Positions 55,156 through 62,634 of a stretch of DNA of 64,000 nt are shown here, piece after piece. Source of the stretch: a virus (Duplodnaviria; Caudoviricetes); IMG/VR virus record IMGVR_UViG_3300025012_000029, positions 128,001 to 192,000 of that record. The stretch is one strand, 5' to 3'. Every line of letters starts with the position of its first letter. Position 1 is the stretch's first letter. Below the pieces are notes generated by a model, which worked only from the letters and a program-made list of their open reading frames with translations, searched no databases and was not told the origin of the DNA. A program made the translations under genes and the position numbers.

Positions 55156-55746
55156 TCAGGTCCATAAATATTTTCTTAATTTTATGAGCTTATCAAGATT
55201 ATCGTCATCTTTTCTCTCAAACTCTTCTTTCTTTTTAGAAAATTCTTCCCATTTGGGATTTTCGAAAAAATGAGAAGTATCCCATATTCTACATCCTGGA
55301 TGTTCTGGAGATTCTTTGAATTTTATCGATAAATCCATGCCATCACAAATATGATGTATTTCATCATACTCTTTTTCTCTGTCTTCTTTCCACCAATGAT
55401 AAAGTTTAAATATTTCCTCATAAACTCTAGTTGCTTCCTCATTGTGTTTCTTTTTATTTTCTGTTGAGTGTTCTTCTTCGCTTAATTCATCAAAACAACC
55501 AATTTGGCGCTTAAGCATACCTAAACCATCTTCTTTTTCAACAAATTCTACAAGACAATTAAAACAAGCATGGAACATTCTCCAATCTTGATCCATCCAT
55601 CCATATCGATATTCTTTGGTTCGAAGGTCTAACATATGATATCGGTTGATGGTGTGACATCTAATCCAATACCAAATATCATGAAAGGGACGCTTAATAT
55701 CCCTTAATGCGTCTAATACAGCATGCTTGATTTTTTGTTTAACCAT
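55156..55746 (-). CDS. Hypothetical protein
   Basis: Start MVKQK with GGAG SD; the longer ORF overlaps tRNA-Val. Confidence 0.7.
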   Translation of the reverse strand: MVKQKIKHAVLDALRDIKRPFHDIWYWIRCHTINRYHMLDLRTKEYRYGWMDQDWRMFHACFNCLVEFVEKEDGLGMLKRQIGCFDELSEEEHSTENKKKHNEEATRVYEEIFKLYHWWKEDREKEYDEIHHICDGMDLSIKFKESPEHPGCRIWDTSHFFENPKWEEFSKKKEEFERKDDDNLDKLIKLRKYLWT

Positions 55747-55793
55747 TAAATTTCTCCATTTTATTATCGTTATTATATTTTCCTCATAAATTA

Positions 55794-55864
55794 TACTGGG
55801 TAGGGGATTTGCACTCCTGCGAAAGGTATGTAACACCTTCATGCTACTTTTACATCAACCCAGT
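55794..55864 (-). tRNA. tRNA-Val(TAC)
   Basis: AAGGT-GTTACAT-ACCTT; T loop TGCAAAT. Confidence 0.75.
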
Positions 55865-56100
55865 CTATTTTTCTTTTTGTTTCTTCCAGAAAATGTGATT
55901 GTTTGACTATGACAATTAGGACACAACAATCGTAGATTTTCCAATCTATTGTCTGTTCGTATTCCATTTGTGTGGTCTAATTGTAAAGTAATTGATTTTC
56001 CATTCCACATCGGTTCCATTTTACATATGTTAACATTTTTCTTCTAAAATATTTTCATCTAATAATCGTTTTCTCAGATTTGTTGACCAAATATACTCAC
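55855..56100 (-). pseudogene. Frameshifted HNH endonuclease between tRNA genes
   Basis: EEKC then +1 shift to NICKMEPMWNGKSITLQLDHTNG..DNRLENLRLLCPNCHSQT; start boundary approximate. Confidence 0.75.
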
Positions 56101-56113
56101 TATAATTGTGGTG

Positions 56114-56184
56114 TTGCCCCACTAAGATTCGAACTTAGAACAAAAATTTCAGAGACTTTTATTTTGCCATTAAACTATGGGGCA
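56114..56184 (-). tRNA. tRNA-Gln(CTG)
   Basis: AAAGT-CTCTGAA-ATTTT; U1-A72. Confidence 0.9.
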
Positions 56185-56185
56185 G

Positions 56186-56274
56186 CGGAGTGTAGAAGAA
56201 TCGAACTTCTGTGAGCTTATGATCTCAACCTCTGCTTTCGAAACAGGTGCTTTTCCAAACTCAGCCAACACTCC
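56186..56274 (-). tRNA. tRNA-Ser(CGA)
   Basis: Loop TTCGAAA, long variable arm, G73. Confidence 0.85.
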
Positions 56275-56477
56275 TAATCAATAACGTTATGTTTATATTT
56301 TTTAAGTTCTTTTCTAATAATTTCTTTTAGAACTGGTGTTGGTTCAGATTTTCCTTCTCGCCATCTTTTAATTGATGGACGTGAACAATCGAACATCTCT
56401 GAGACATCCTCATCGTAAACTTCACATTCTTTCATTAGTAATGTTATTTCTTCAGCCCAAGATATTTCTTTGTTCAT
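56274..56477 (-). CDS. Small HTH (Cro/XRE-like) protein
   Basis: VSEMFDCSRPSIKRWREGKSEP; start MNKEIS. Confidence 0.7.
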   Translation of the reverse strand: MNKEISWAEEITLLMKECEVYDEDVSEMFDCSRPSIKRWREGKSEPTPVLKEIIRKELKKYKHNVID

Positions 56478-56478
56478 A

Positions 56479-56566
56479 CGGAAGATAGAGGATTCGAACC
56501 CCTGCACGACTGATTACGTGACACCAGTTTTCAAGACTGGAACCTTTCCAACTCGGTCAATCTTCC
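56479..56566 (-). tRNA. tRNA-Ser(TGA)
   Basis: CCAGT-CTTGAAA-ACTGG, long variable arm. Confidence 0.92.
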
Positions 56567-56832
56567 ACAGCATTAACACTATACTCTTCGGACTTTTTTA
56601 ATATCAGCCTAAACCGATCATGATCTTCTAACCTTAGCATAAACGAATCAAAATGTCCATATTTACATTTGTATCCAAAAACATATTTTAAAGCAATCCA
56701 AATTCTTTTATACCAACTATTCCATTGATTCAAAAATACAGAAGCGTAGATATATCCATCTTCATCATCAATGTTAAATTTCAATGTATGTTCATCTGAA
56801 TAACATTGGCATTCAAAATGTTCTGTATCCAT
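56557..56832 (-). CDS. Hypothetical protein
   Basis: 91 aa, GGAG SD. Confidence 0.65.
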   Translation of the reverse strand: MDTEHFECQCYSDEHTLKFNIDDEDGYIYASVFLNQWNSWYKRIWIALKYVFGYKCKYGHFDSFMLRLEDHDRFRLILKKSEEYSVNAVED

Positions 56833-56854
56833 TATATCTCCAATCTAATTAATA

Positions 56855-57091
56855 TTATTTTCTTACCAAAAGAAGCATTGTCGTGGAACCAATTATGAAC
56901 CCAAAAGCAGAAAAAAAAGTAAGACGAAGCCTTTCCATAAAGTCTTTTGTATCGATAAACCACATATACAAAATCATATTAACGAAAGGGAGAATGAAAC
57001 CAGTGATCGCTTGAGTTATAATCCATCCATGAGCGACAGAATAAGAATATAAAGAGATCCAAAAATCTGCGATCGCGCTTAATATCGTCAC
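56855..57091 (-). CDS. Hypothetical membrane protein
   Basis: Two hydrophobic segments. Confidence 0.55.
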   Translation of the reverse strand: MTILSAIADFWISLYSYSVAHGWIITQAITGFILPFVNMILYMWFIDTKDFMERLRLTFFSAFGFIIGSTTMLLLVRK

Positions 57092-57178
57092 AAACAGGTA
57101 ACGTGTAACGTCTGAATGGGTTCTCCCATATTTTGTTTAATAGATTTTTCTCCACCAGGGTCATCCATAAATTATGTT

Positions 57179-57397
57179 TTAATCCTCAACAACTTTAGCA
57201 TATACAAAAATTAATTGATATATGTTTCCTAATCTAAATAGCTTAATATCAATATAGTTGCTGACACAAACATTATTCTCCTCCAGAAATTTAGAGAATT
57301 CATATTCAATTGTTCCTATAGTTGAAGCAAGTAATATTTTCGTTCTTAACACTCTTGCTTTTAGCTCAATATTATCGAAAACGGAGCAAGAGTTCAT
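57179..57397 (-). CDS. Hypothetical protein
   Basis: 72 aa coupled ORF. Confidence 0.55.
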   Translation of the reverse strand: MNSCSVFDNIELKARVLRTKILLASTIGTIEYEFSKFLEENNVCVSNYIDIKLFRLGNIYQLIFVYAKVVED

Positions 57398-57657
57398 TGT
57401 TCTTTGAACTCCACAATAGAAAGGAAATGTTTAATTGTTTTTTCAACAAACTCTTTACCCATACATTCTGTATCGCAGATTATTTTACTTCCTTTTTTAT
57501 AGAAAGCAATTTGTCCAAAACCAAGATGTTCAACACCCCAATTAAGAATAAATCCGCCATCATTTCCAGTGTGTTTATCCCACACTTCCAGTTCAACATA
57601 TTTGAATTGTGGATTCTTTTTAGCTTCAGCAATTTCTTCTTTTGTTCCAAAAACCAT
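57394..57657 (-). CDS. Hypothetical protein
   Basis: 87 aa coupled ORF. Confidence 0.6.
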   Translation of the reverse strand: MVFGTKEEIAEAKKNPQFKYVELEVWDKHTGNDGGFILNWGVEHLGFGQIAFYKKGSKIICDTECMGKEFVEKTIKHFLSIVEFKEQ

Positions 57658-57918
57658 TTACTTCCTCATATCTTTCTCTTCAACATCTTCCCAATAATGT
57701 TTACCATCTTTATCCATCGACCAAACATCCATCGTTTCTTCTTCATTAAAAAAGACTACGTTTTCTGAATCTACAGCTCCTTGTTCAATTTTTCGAACAA
57801 TTTCTCTTTCAAGAGAACGATACATCTTATGAAATAATTTTTTATCTTTTTTTTCAGATGCGTGACAAAGAGATCCAACGTTTCCGAATATTTTTGTTTT
57901 ACGGATTGATCTGCTCAT
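57658..57918 (-). CDS. Hypothetical protein
   Basis: 86 aa (MSRS.RKT...WSMDKDGK). Confidence 0.65.
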   Translation of the reverse strand: MSRSIRKTKIFGNVGSLCHASEKKDKKLFHKMYRSLEREIVRKIEQGAVDSENVVFFNEEETMDVWSMDKDGKHYWEDVEEKDMRK

Positions 57919-57948
57919 AAAGTAATTATGTTCCCATTGACAGTAACA

Positions 57949-58092
57949 TTAAGAAAACTGTTTAATGAATTTAATTTTAAGTTTTCTAATTAAATCTTTG
58001 AGTTTCTTATTTTCTTTGTCAAGTTTACGCTTGTCAAGTTGTAACTTGATAACTTCATTTTTAAGACGCTGTATTTCTATTCTATAATCCAT
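57949..58092 (-). CDS. Small coiled-coil protein
   Basis: Start MDYRIE just 3' of tRNA-Ala. Confidence 0.4.
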   Translation of the reverse strand: MDYRIEIQRLKNEVIKLQLDKRKLDKENKKLKDLIRKLKIKFIKQFS

Positions 58093-58100
58093 ATATTGAT

Positions 58101-58174
58101 TGGAATGTATCGGAATCGAACCGATTCTTAAAGAATGCAAATCTTTCGTGCAAACCCATTAACACTTACACCCC
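58101..58174 (-). tRNA. tRNA-Ala(TGC)
   Basis: AAAGA-TTTGCAT-TCTTT; G3-U70. Confidence 0.9.
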
Positions 58175-58392
58175 AATATGATCGATTTTCGTTCAGTCAA
58201 TCCATCTCTCAACTTGTAATCGCGCGTAGATAGTTTATTATCATTTGGAAGTCATAGTTTCCTCGTTCCATTTGTAAACAACATTGTATCATTGTATTAC
58301 ACACAAATCAATCATCGCACGCACGCGAACATTTGCTAAGAAGGTTTTTTATGATAGCTCACGCCGCACTATCACCCTCTCGTTACGTGATC

Positions 58393-58935
58393 TTAATCGG
58401 ATAATTCTCCATGCCAATATAAGCATGTTGCCATATAGTCTCTCCATGAATCTGGAGCACCTTTATTCCAAAATATAGTTTGGAAGATGTTCTTTGGTTT
58501 ACTTGGAATAGATAACAAAGTCATTCCAGATTTATGAAGAGGTTTATCTTGTTTTCGTCTATTACAATCTACACAACAAACGACAACATTTTTCCATTCC
58601 GTTATCCCACCTAATGCCCTTGGAACAATGTGATCTAGTGTAAACTCTTCTGTCGTACAATGAGTTCCACAATATTGGCATTTTCCTTTATCTCTTGCAT
58701 AAACATTATCTCTTGAGAATTTTACTCTTCTCACTTTTTTGAAAACGTTTTTGACAAATCTGATAATGGAAGGAACTTTGAATGCTTGATGAGCTGAGCG
58801 AACCCATAAGTCAGCATATTCTTCTACAATTTCAACCTTATCCATCATATAAAGACAAAAAGCACGTTGCCAGCTAATAATTCCTAGTGGTTGATATGAA
58901 GTATCGAGCACTAGCGTTTTTGCGTTCACATCCAT
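58393..58935 (-). CDS. HNH endonuclease (McrA-like)
   Basis: CQYCG..TLDHIVPR..GG..W.NVV.CC..CN..K; start MDVNAK after AAGGA. Confidence 0.9.
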   Translation of the reverse strand: MDVNAKTLVLDTSYQPLGIISWQRAFCLYMMDKVEIVEEYADLWVRSAHQAFKVPSIIRFVKNVFKKVRRVKFSRDNVYARDKGKCQYCGTHCTTEEFTLDHIVPRALGGITEWKNVVVCCVDCNRRKQDKPLHKSGMTLLSIPSKPKNIFQTIFWNKGAPDSWRDYMATCLYWHGELSD

Positions 58936-58954
58936 AATTCTTTTCCTTTTTAAG

Positions 58955-59032
58955 TGGAGCGCAGGGGAGTCGAACCCCTTTCCGAAAAACTCCATTTGTT
59001 GGATTATCTTTCGTCGAAACCATTAGCGCCCC
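58955..59032 (-). ncRNA. tmRNA tRNA-like domain without mRNA-like domain (78 nt)
   Basis: 5' GGGGCGCTAATGGTTTCGAC, G3-U70, no D stem, short capped P2, T arm AGGGG-TTCGACT-CCCCT, A73. Confidence 0.75.
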
Positions 59033-59040
59033 ATATTTTT

Positions 59041-59069
59041 ACTATAAATAACTATTCATCATTTGTCAA
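59041..59069 (-). promoter_or_regulatory. Sigma70-type promoter for the tmRNA-like RNA/HNH
   Basis: TTGACA-17 nt-TATAGT. Confidence 0.8.
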
Positions 59070-59104
59070 ATAGATTTGACATTCGCAATTATGAATGATA
59101 AGAA

Positions 59105-59422
59105 TTAATCATGATTTTTAAGCATTCTATCAACTTCTTCCTTATCTCTTGTTTGATAAAAGATTAATCTTATTCTTTCTAAAATCTTTTTTCTATTCTT
59201 GAGTCTTGTTTTTGCTGGGAATGTTGACGTTAAAATTCCAAACAACGCATGATGCGAGGTTATTTTCTCAACATCTATCAACTCAAGAATTTTATCAATG
59301 ATATCAAACCTATTCCTGTTCATTAAATTATGCATCATATCAAACATATAATCTAATTGTAAATCATCTGATAAATTTGTATTTTCAATTATATTTCTTG
59401 CGATCAATTCAGAATTATTCAT
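59105..59422 (-). CDS. Hypothetical protein
   Basis: 105 aa. Confidence 0.6.
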   Translation of the reverse strand: MNNSELIARNIIENTNLSDDLQLDYMFDMMHNLMNRNRFDIIDKILELIDVEKITSHHALFGILTSTFPAKTRLKNRKKILERIRLIFYQTRDKEEVDRMLKNHD

Positions 59423-59440
59423 ATTTATTCACACATTAAG

Positions 59441-59514
59441 AGGATAGGGAGGGACTTGCGCCCACTAAAATTCGTTTTGCAGACGAATGCCTCGACTACT
59501 TCAGCTTCCTATCC
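59441..59514 (-). tRNA. tRNA-Cys(GCA)
   Basis: TTCGT-CTGCAAA-ACGAA; U73. Confidence 0.85.
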
Positions 59515-59519
59515 ACAAA

Positions 59520-59729
59520 TCATTTAATTGCTTTCTTTTCACATAAAGATAACATCACTAACGCAATTATGTGCTTTGCCTCAGATAAACATTCGTCAGC
59601 GGGTACATTGGAAGACAAAATGAATTGTTTTGTAAGATAACAATTTACCTTCTTTTCTAATTCATTATCTCCGTCCATTTGTTCCCAAGTTACTTTACCT
59701 TTAACAACTCTACTTATTTCTTTTTTCAT
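59520..59729 (-). CDS. Hypothetical protein
   Basis: 69 aa. Confidence 0.5.
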   Translation of the reverse strand: MKKEISRVVKGKVTWEQMDGDNELEKKVNCYLTKQFILSSNVPADECLSEAKHIIALVMLSLCEKKAIK

Positions 59730-59732
59730 AAC

Positions 59733-59809
59733 ATTGTGGTGACGAGTCGAACGCCTTGAAATAACTTTTGGAGGGTTACCCGAATCCGATTCGGTTTAAT
59801 CTACCACAA
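59733..59809 (-). tRNA. Atypical tRNA-Trp(CCA)-like
   Basis: Acceptor TTGTGGT/ACCACAA, loop CTCCAAA, T loop TTCGACT; D region replaced by palindrome CCGAATCGGATTCGG. Confidence 0.45.
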
Positions 59810-59836
59810 TATAATTTAGATGAATTCATCTAAAAG

Positions 59837-59910
59837 CACCCCTAGGAGGATTTAAACCCACCAACTCAAAGTTCGTAGCTTTGTGTGATATTCAGTTTCA
59901 CTATAGGGGT
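59837..59910 (-). tRNA. tRNA-Arg(ACG)
   Basis: CAAAG-CTACGAA-CTTTG. Confidence 0.88.
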
Positions 59911-59915
59911 ATAAT

Positions 59916-60088
59916 TCTAATAGAGCAGATTTCCACTGCGTTGAGGATAGGCGTGATATGAGTAACGCCTCGTTTTACATCTTGTCCGCCAGCTTACCAT
60001 ACCCATCTGGCTGGTCTTGTCCGCACCGTATCACTACACCGAACAAGTTCTCCTTCAACTGATTACCTCCTAAGGAGGTTCTATTAGA
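59916..60088 (-). ncRNA. Unassigned structured RNA (173 nt)
   Basis: 9-bp closing stem TCTAATAGA/TCTATTAGA and several internal stems; GC-rich relative to surroundings. Confidence 0.6.
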
Positions 60089-60160
60089 TGCGAATACCAA
60101 GAATCGAACTTGGAAAAAAAGTTTATCAGACTTTTATGATAACCATTTCATCATATTCGC
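60089..60160 (-). tRNA. tRNA-Ile(GAT)
   Basis: AAAGT-CTGATAA-ACTTT. Confidence 0.9.
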
Positions 60161-60323
60161 CCATTGGGGAGTCAGGGATTCGAACCCCGCTACCGCAAAC
60201 CAGTATCGCTATTTGTTAACGCGGACTTGTTTTACAGACAAGTGCGATTAACTCACCGTTTAGTATACATTCCACTTCGGTATACTAGCGAACTGAACTT
60301 CTTGTCAATCCTCTCTACAATGG
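60161..60323 (-). ncRNA. Expanded tRNA-Tyr(GTA)-like RNA (163 nt)
   Basis: CTTGT-CTGTAAA-ACAAG and CGGGG-TTCGAAT-CCCTG intact; D arm and variable arm greatly enlarged. Confidence 0.65.
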
Positions 60324-60345
60324 AGGGACGCACAGATAAAGTGGA

Positions 60346-60416
60346 TCGCGATTACCAGAATCGAACTGGTAAATTAATTTTATGAGAATTATGTGATTCC
60401 ATTTCACCAAATCGCG
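60346..60416 (-). tRNA. tRNA-CAT (Met or Ile2)
   Basis: TAATT-CTCATAA-AATTA; C1-G72 paired. Confidence 0.85.
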
Positions 60417-60677
60417 TTATTTTCTCTTTTTTCTCATTTCTATTTCATGAAGTTCAATTGAAATATCTATACATTTTTTCTCAATTACTTCATATTCTAC
60501 AATCTCACAATCCTTGTATACAAGTGGATTTCCACTTTTGACAATAAAAACAAGATGTAATTTCAATTGTCCCTCTCCGTTCCATGTCTTTCCTTTTTCA
60601 GAAAATCTTGGCTTACTTCCGCCTTTCGAAAATAAACCTTCTTGATTTCTTATTTTATAGATCATATTAATTATCAA
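60417..60677 (-). CDS. Hypothetical protein
   Basis: 86 aa (YKIRNQEGLFSKGG..P..GK.W). Confidence 0.65.
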   Translation of the reverse strand: MIINMIYKIRNQEGLFSKGGSKPRFSEKGKTWNGEGQLKLHLVFIVKSGNPLVYKDCEIVEYEVIEKKCIDISIELHEIEMRKKRK

Positions 60678-60685
60678 AGATAAAT

Positions 60686-60758
60686 TGCGGGTACAAGAGT
60701 CGAACTTGTTATCTCGAAGGTTATGAGCCTTGAATGATTATCCGTTTCACCCACCCGC
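60686..60758 (-). tRNA. tRNA-CAT (Met or Ile2)
   Basis: AAGG-CTCATAA-CCTT. Confidence 0.85.
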
Positions 60759-61051
60759 TATATATTGTTGTTTTTTCTTCTTTTCTGTTCGTCATACATT
60801 TCTATCCACTCAAATAAAGGAATGAAAACTTCTGTATGTTTATTATCATCCCACATAATCCAACCCTGAAGTTCTTTAACCAATTCATTAATTCTAAATC
60901 TTTCTCGACCAGTCAGATCTGATAAATGTTCAGAGCCGTTAATATCTTCCCAAACTCTATATTCGATATATCCACACCATCCAGCGCAAGTTTCACGTTC
61001 TGAGAACTGCGAGATTATATTTTTGAGTTCATTAAAAGCTTCTTTATTCAT
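60758..61051 (-). CDS. Hypothetical protein
   Basis: Start MNKEAF; the longer ORF overlaps tRNA-Leu. Confidence 0.6.
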   Translation of the reverse strand: MNKEAFNELKNIISQFSERETCAGWCGYIEYRVWEDINGSEHLSDLTGRERFRINELVKELQGWIMWDDNKHTEVFIPLFEWIEMYDEQKRRKNNNI

Positions 61052-61064
61052 AATAATATTACCA

Positions 61065-61138
61065 TGCTCACAGAGAGATTCGAACTCCCAACGCACACGG
61101 TCTAAACGTGTTGACTCTACCAATTGGTCTATGTGAGC
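61065..61138 (-). tRNA. tRNA-Leu(TAG), short variable loop
   Basis: ACACG-TTTAGAC-CGTGT; 5-nt variable loop. Confidence 0.85.
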
Positions 61139-61374
61139 TTTTTTTTCATTCTTTCTCTAACTTCTTCATGTGTATAATACCACTTCATTTTACAACAAGC
61201 AAGTCCCAAAGTAATGTGACAGCAAGTTCTGAAATCTAAAAGATCATCGCTTTTTCTAGCATAAAGACTATTCAAGAAATAAAATTTAATCGCTTCATAA
61301 GGAACGAGAAAATAATATCTTCTTCTCCATAGTTTAACATACCAAGAACAATATTGGAATCGTTTTTCTTCCAT
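61129..61374 (-). CDS. Hypothetical protein
   Basis: 81 aa. Confidence 0.55.
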   Translation of the reverse strand: MEEKRFQYCSWYVKLWRRRYYFLVPYEAIKFYFLNSLYARKSDDLLDFRTCCHITLGLACCKMKWYYTHEEVRERMKKKLT

Positions 61375-61385
61375 AAATTAATTAG

Positions 61386-61458
61386 CACTCCCGATAGGAC
61401 TCAAACCCATACCAAAGCGTTAGAAGCGCCTTATGCTATTCTTTTACACTACGGGAGC
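61386..61458 (-). tRNA. tRNA-Arg(TCT)
   Basis: AGGCG-CTTCTAA-CGCTT. Confidence 0.88.
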
Positions 61459-61463
61459 AAAAG

Positions 61464-61537
61464 GTTGTATGATGAGAATTGCACTCACTAACAACAGCTT
61501 CACAGGCTGTCCGCTAACTATTTTGCGTTCATACAAC
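61464..61537 (-). tRNA. tRNA-His(GTG)
   Basis: ACAGC-CTGTGAA-GCTGT; G-1:C73. Confidence 0.88.
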
Positions 61538-61639
61538 ATAGCAATAATAAATAATATTTACTTTTCATTTAACTCATCACAACAAAAACAACAAGAAAAA
61601 AAGTTGTTATTACAATTGGAATGTATTTTATATCCATAG

Positions 61640-61723
61640 TGCAGGTAGAGGGACTCGAACCCCCACGCCCTCACGGGCGGAAGCTCTTAAGGCTTCTGCG
61701 GCTGCCAATTACGCCATACCTGC
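61640..61723 (-). tRNA. tRNA-Leu(TAA)
   Basis: GAAGC-CTTAAGA-GCTTC; long variable arm. Confidence 0.93.
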
Positions 61724-61788
61724 ATTTTATTTAACTTACAATTCTATATTACCAGTTATTATTGATTCTGTCAATAAGTAATTTTTAA

Positions 61789-61861
61789 TCAGGGTGGTGA
61801 GAGTCGCACTCACAATCTCATCACTCCGAATGACGCAGGTTTCTATCAACCCTTCACCCTG
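61789..61861 (-). tRNA. tRNA-Pro(CGG)
   Basis: CGTCA-TTCGGAG-TGATG; G72 A73. Confidence 0.82.
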
Positions 61862-61936
61862 TTAAATCGGATAACGTGCTAGCTTACACCACACAACTTA
61901 AGAGTCTGACCGTATCCCAGCGACTCCTTTATCCTA

Positions 61937-62010
61937 TACCTTTGATCAGATTCGAACTGATAACAATTTGTTTTTGAGACAAATGACTCTACCAATTGGT
62001 CTACAAAGGC
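61937..62010 (-). tRNA. tRNA-Leu(CAA), short variable loop
   Basis: TTTGT-CTCAAAA-ACAAA; 5-nt variable loop. Confidence 0.85.
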
Positions 62011-62013
62011 TCA

Positions 62014-62087
62014 CGTACCCTAAAAGAATCGAACTTTTCTTGTACAGTTTAACAGACTGTCGCAATCTCCAGACATGCCAAGGGTAC
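62014..62087 (-). tRNA. tRNA-Asn(GTT)
   Basis: ACAGT-CTGTTAA-ACTGT; G73. Confidence 0.88.
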
Positions 62088-62100
62088 ATAATTTATAATA

Positions 62101-62172
62101 AGCTTCTTGCCGGTACTGCCCCGGCTTATCCAGTTTACAAGACTGGCATATCACTTTTTATATTTAAGAAGC
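62101..62172 (-). tRNA. tRNA-Thr(TGT)
   Basis: CCAGT-CTTGTAA-ACTGG; T loop GGCAGTA. Confidence 0.8.
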
Positions 62173-62184
62173 AAAGTGTTGGTT

Positions 62185-62631
62185 TTACCCTATAGCCAAC
62201 AAGGAATTAATCATTTTACAAATTGAATTTACAGTTTTTGTCCCGAAAAGAAGTTTAACCGACTTAATGTCTTTTTTTTCTAAAATCAAATGGATATTGT
62301 CTGCCCCTACTGGGTTCATACTCCATATAATGACAGGAACATCTTTCCACTCTATCTTTTTAGCTGCATCAGATCCGTTTTTATAAACAGAATATGTTGT
62401 TTTTCCATAGCTTGGATGTCCTGAGCAAACATAATGATCATAATCTAAATCATGATCCAACACAATCATATCAGGAGGATTATTTTTGTTTTCATTCATC
62501 CAAATTTCGAAATCATTCACTTGAGTTTTCCAGATAATGTTAACTTTTTCAGTCAAACCGAAGTGAGATAATTTCTTTTTCAGAAAAATTATTCTCTCTT
62601 CAGAATCTTCAAGAATTAAAATATTTATCAT
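62185..62631 (-). CDS. Receiver-like domain protein (cyclic-phosphate-processing REC type)
   Basis: ILILEDS, LDHDL, G.DAA, WSMNPVG motifs. Confidence 0.75.
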   Translation of the reverse strand: MINILILEDSEERIIFLKKKLSHFGLTEKVNIIWKTQVNDFEIWMNENKNNPPDMIVLDHDLDYDHYVCSGHPSYGKTTYSVYKNGSDAAKKIEWKDVPVIIWSMNPVGADNIHLILEKKDIKSVKLLFGTKTVNSICKMINSLLAIG

Positions 62632-62634
62632 AAG

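Noticed and set aside
58955-59032. Permuted two-piece tmRNA or ordinary tRNA-Ala
   Set aside because: Both acceptor strands are in normal order within one 78-nt unit, and there is no D stem or anticodon loop
59733-59809. Selenocysteine tRNA
   Set aside because: No TCA anticodon, no long variable arm, no 8-bp acceptor
61862-61936. Possible additional tRNA/ncRNA between Leu(CAA) and Pro(CGG)
   Set aside because: Only weak end pairing; no T loop or anticodon arm
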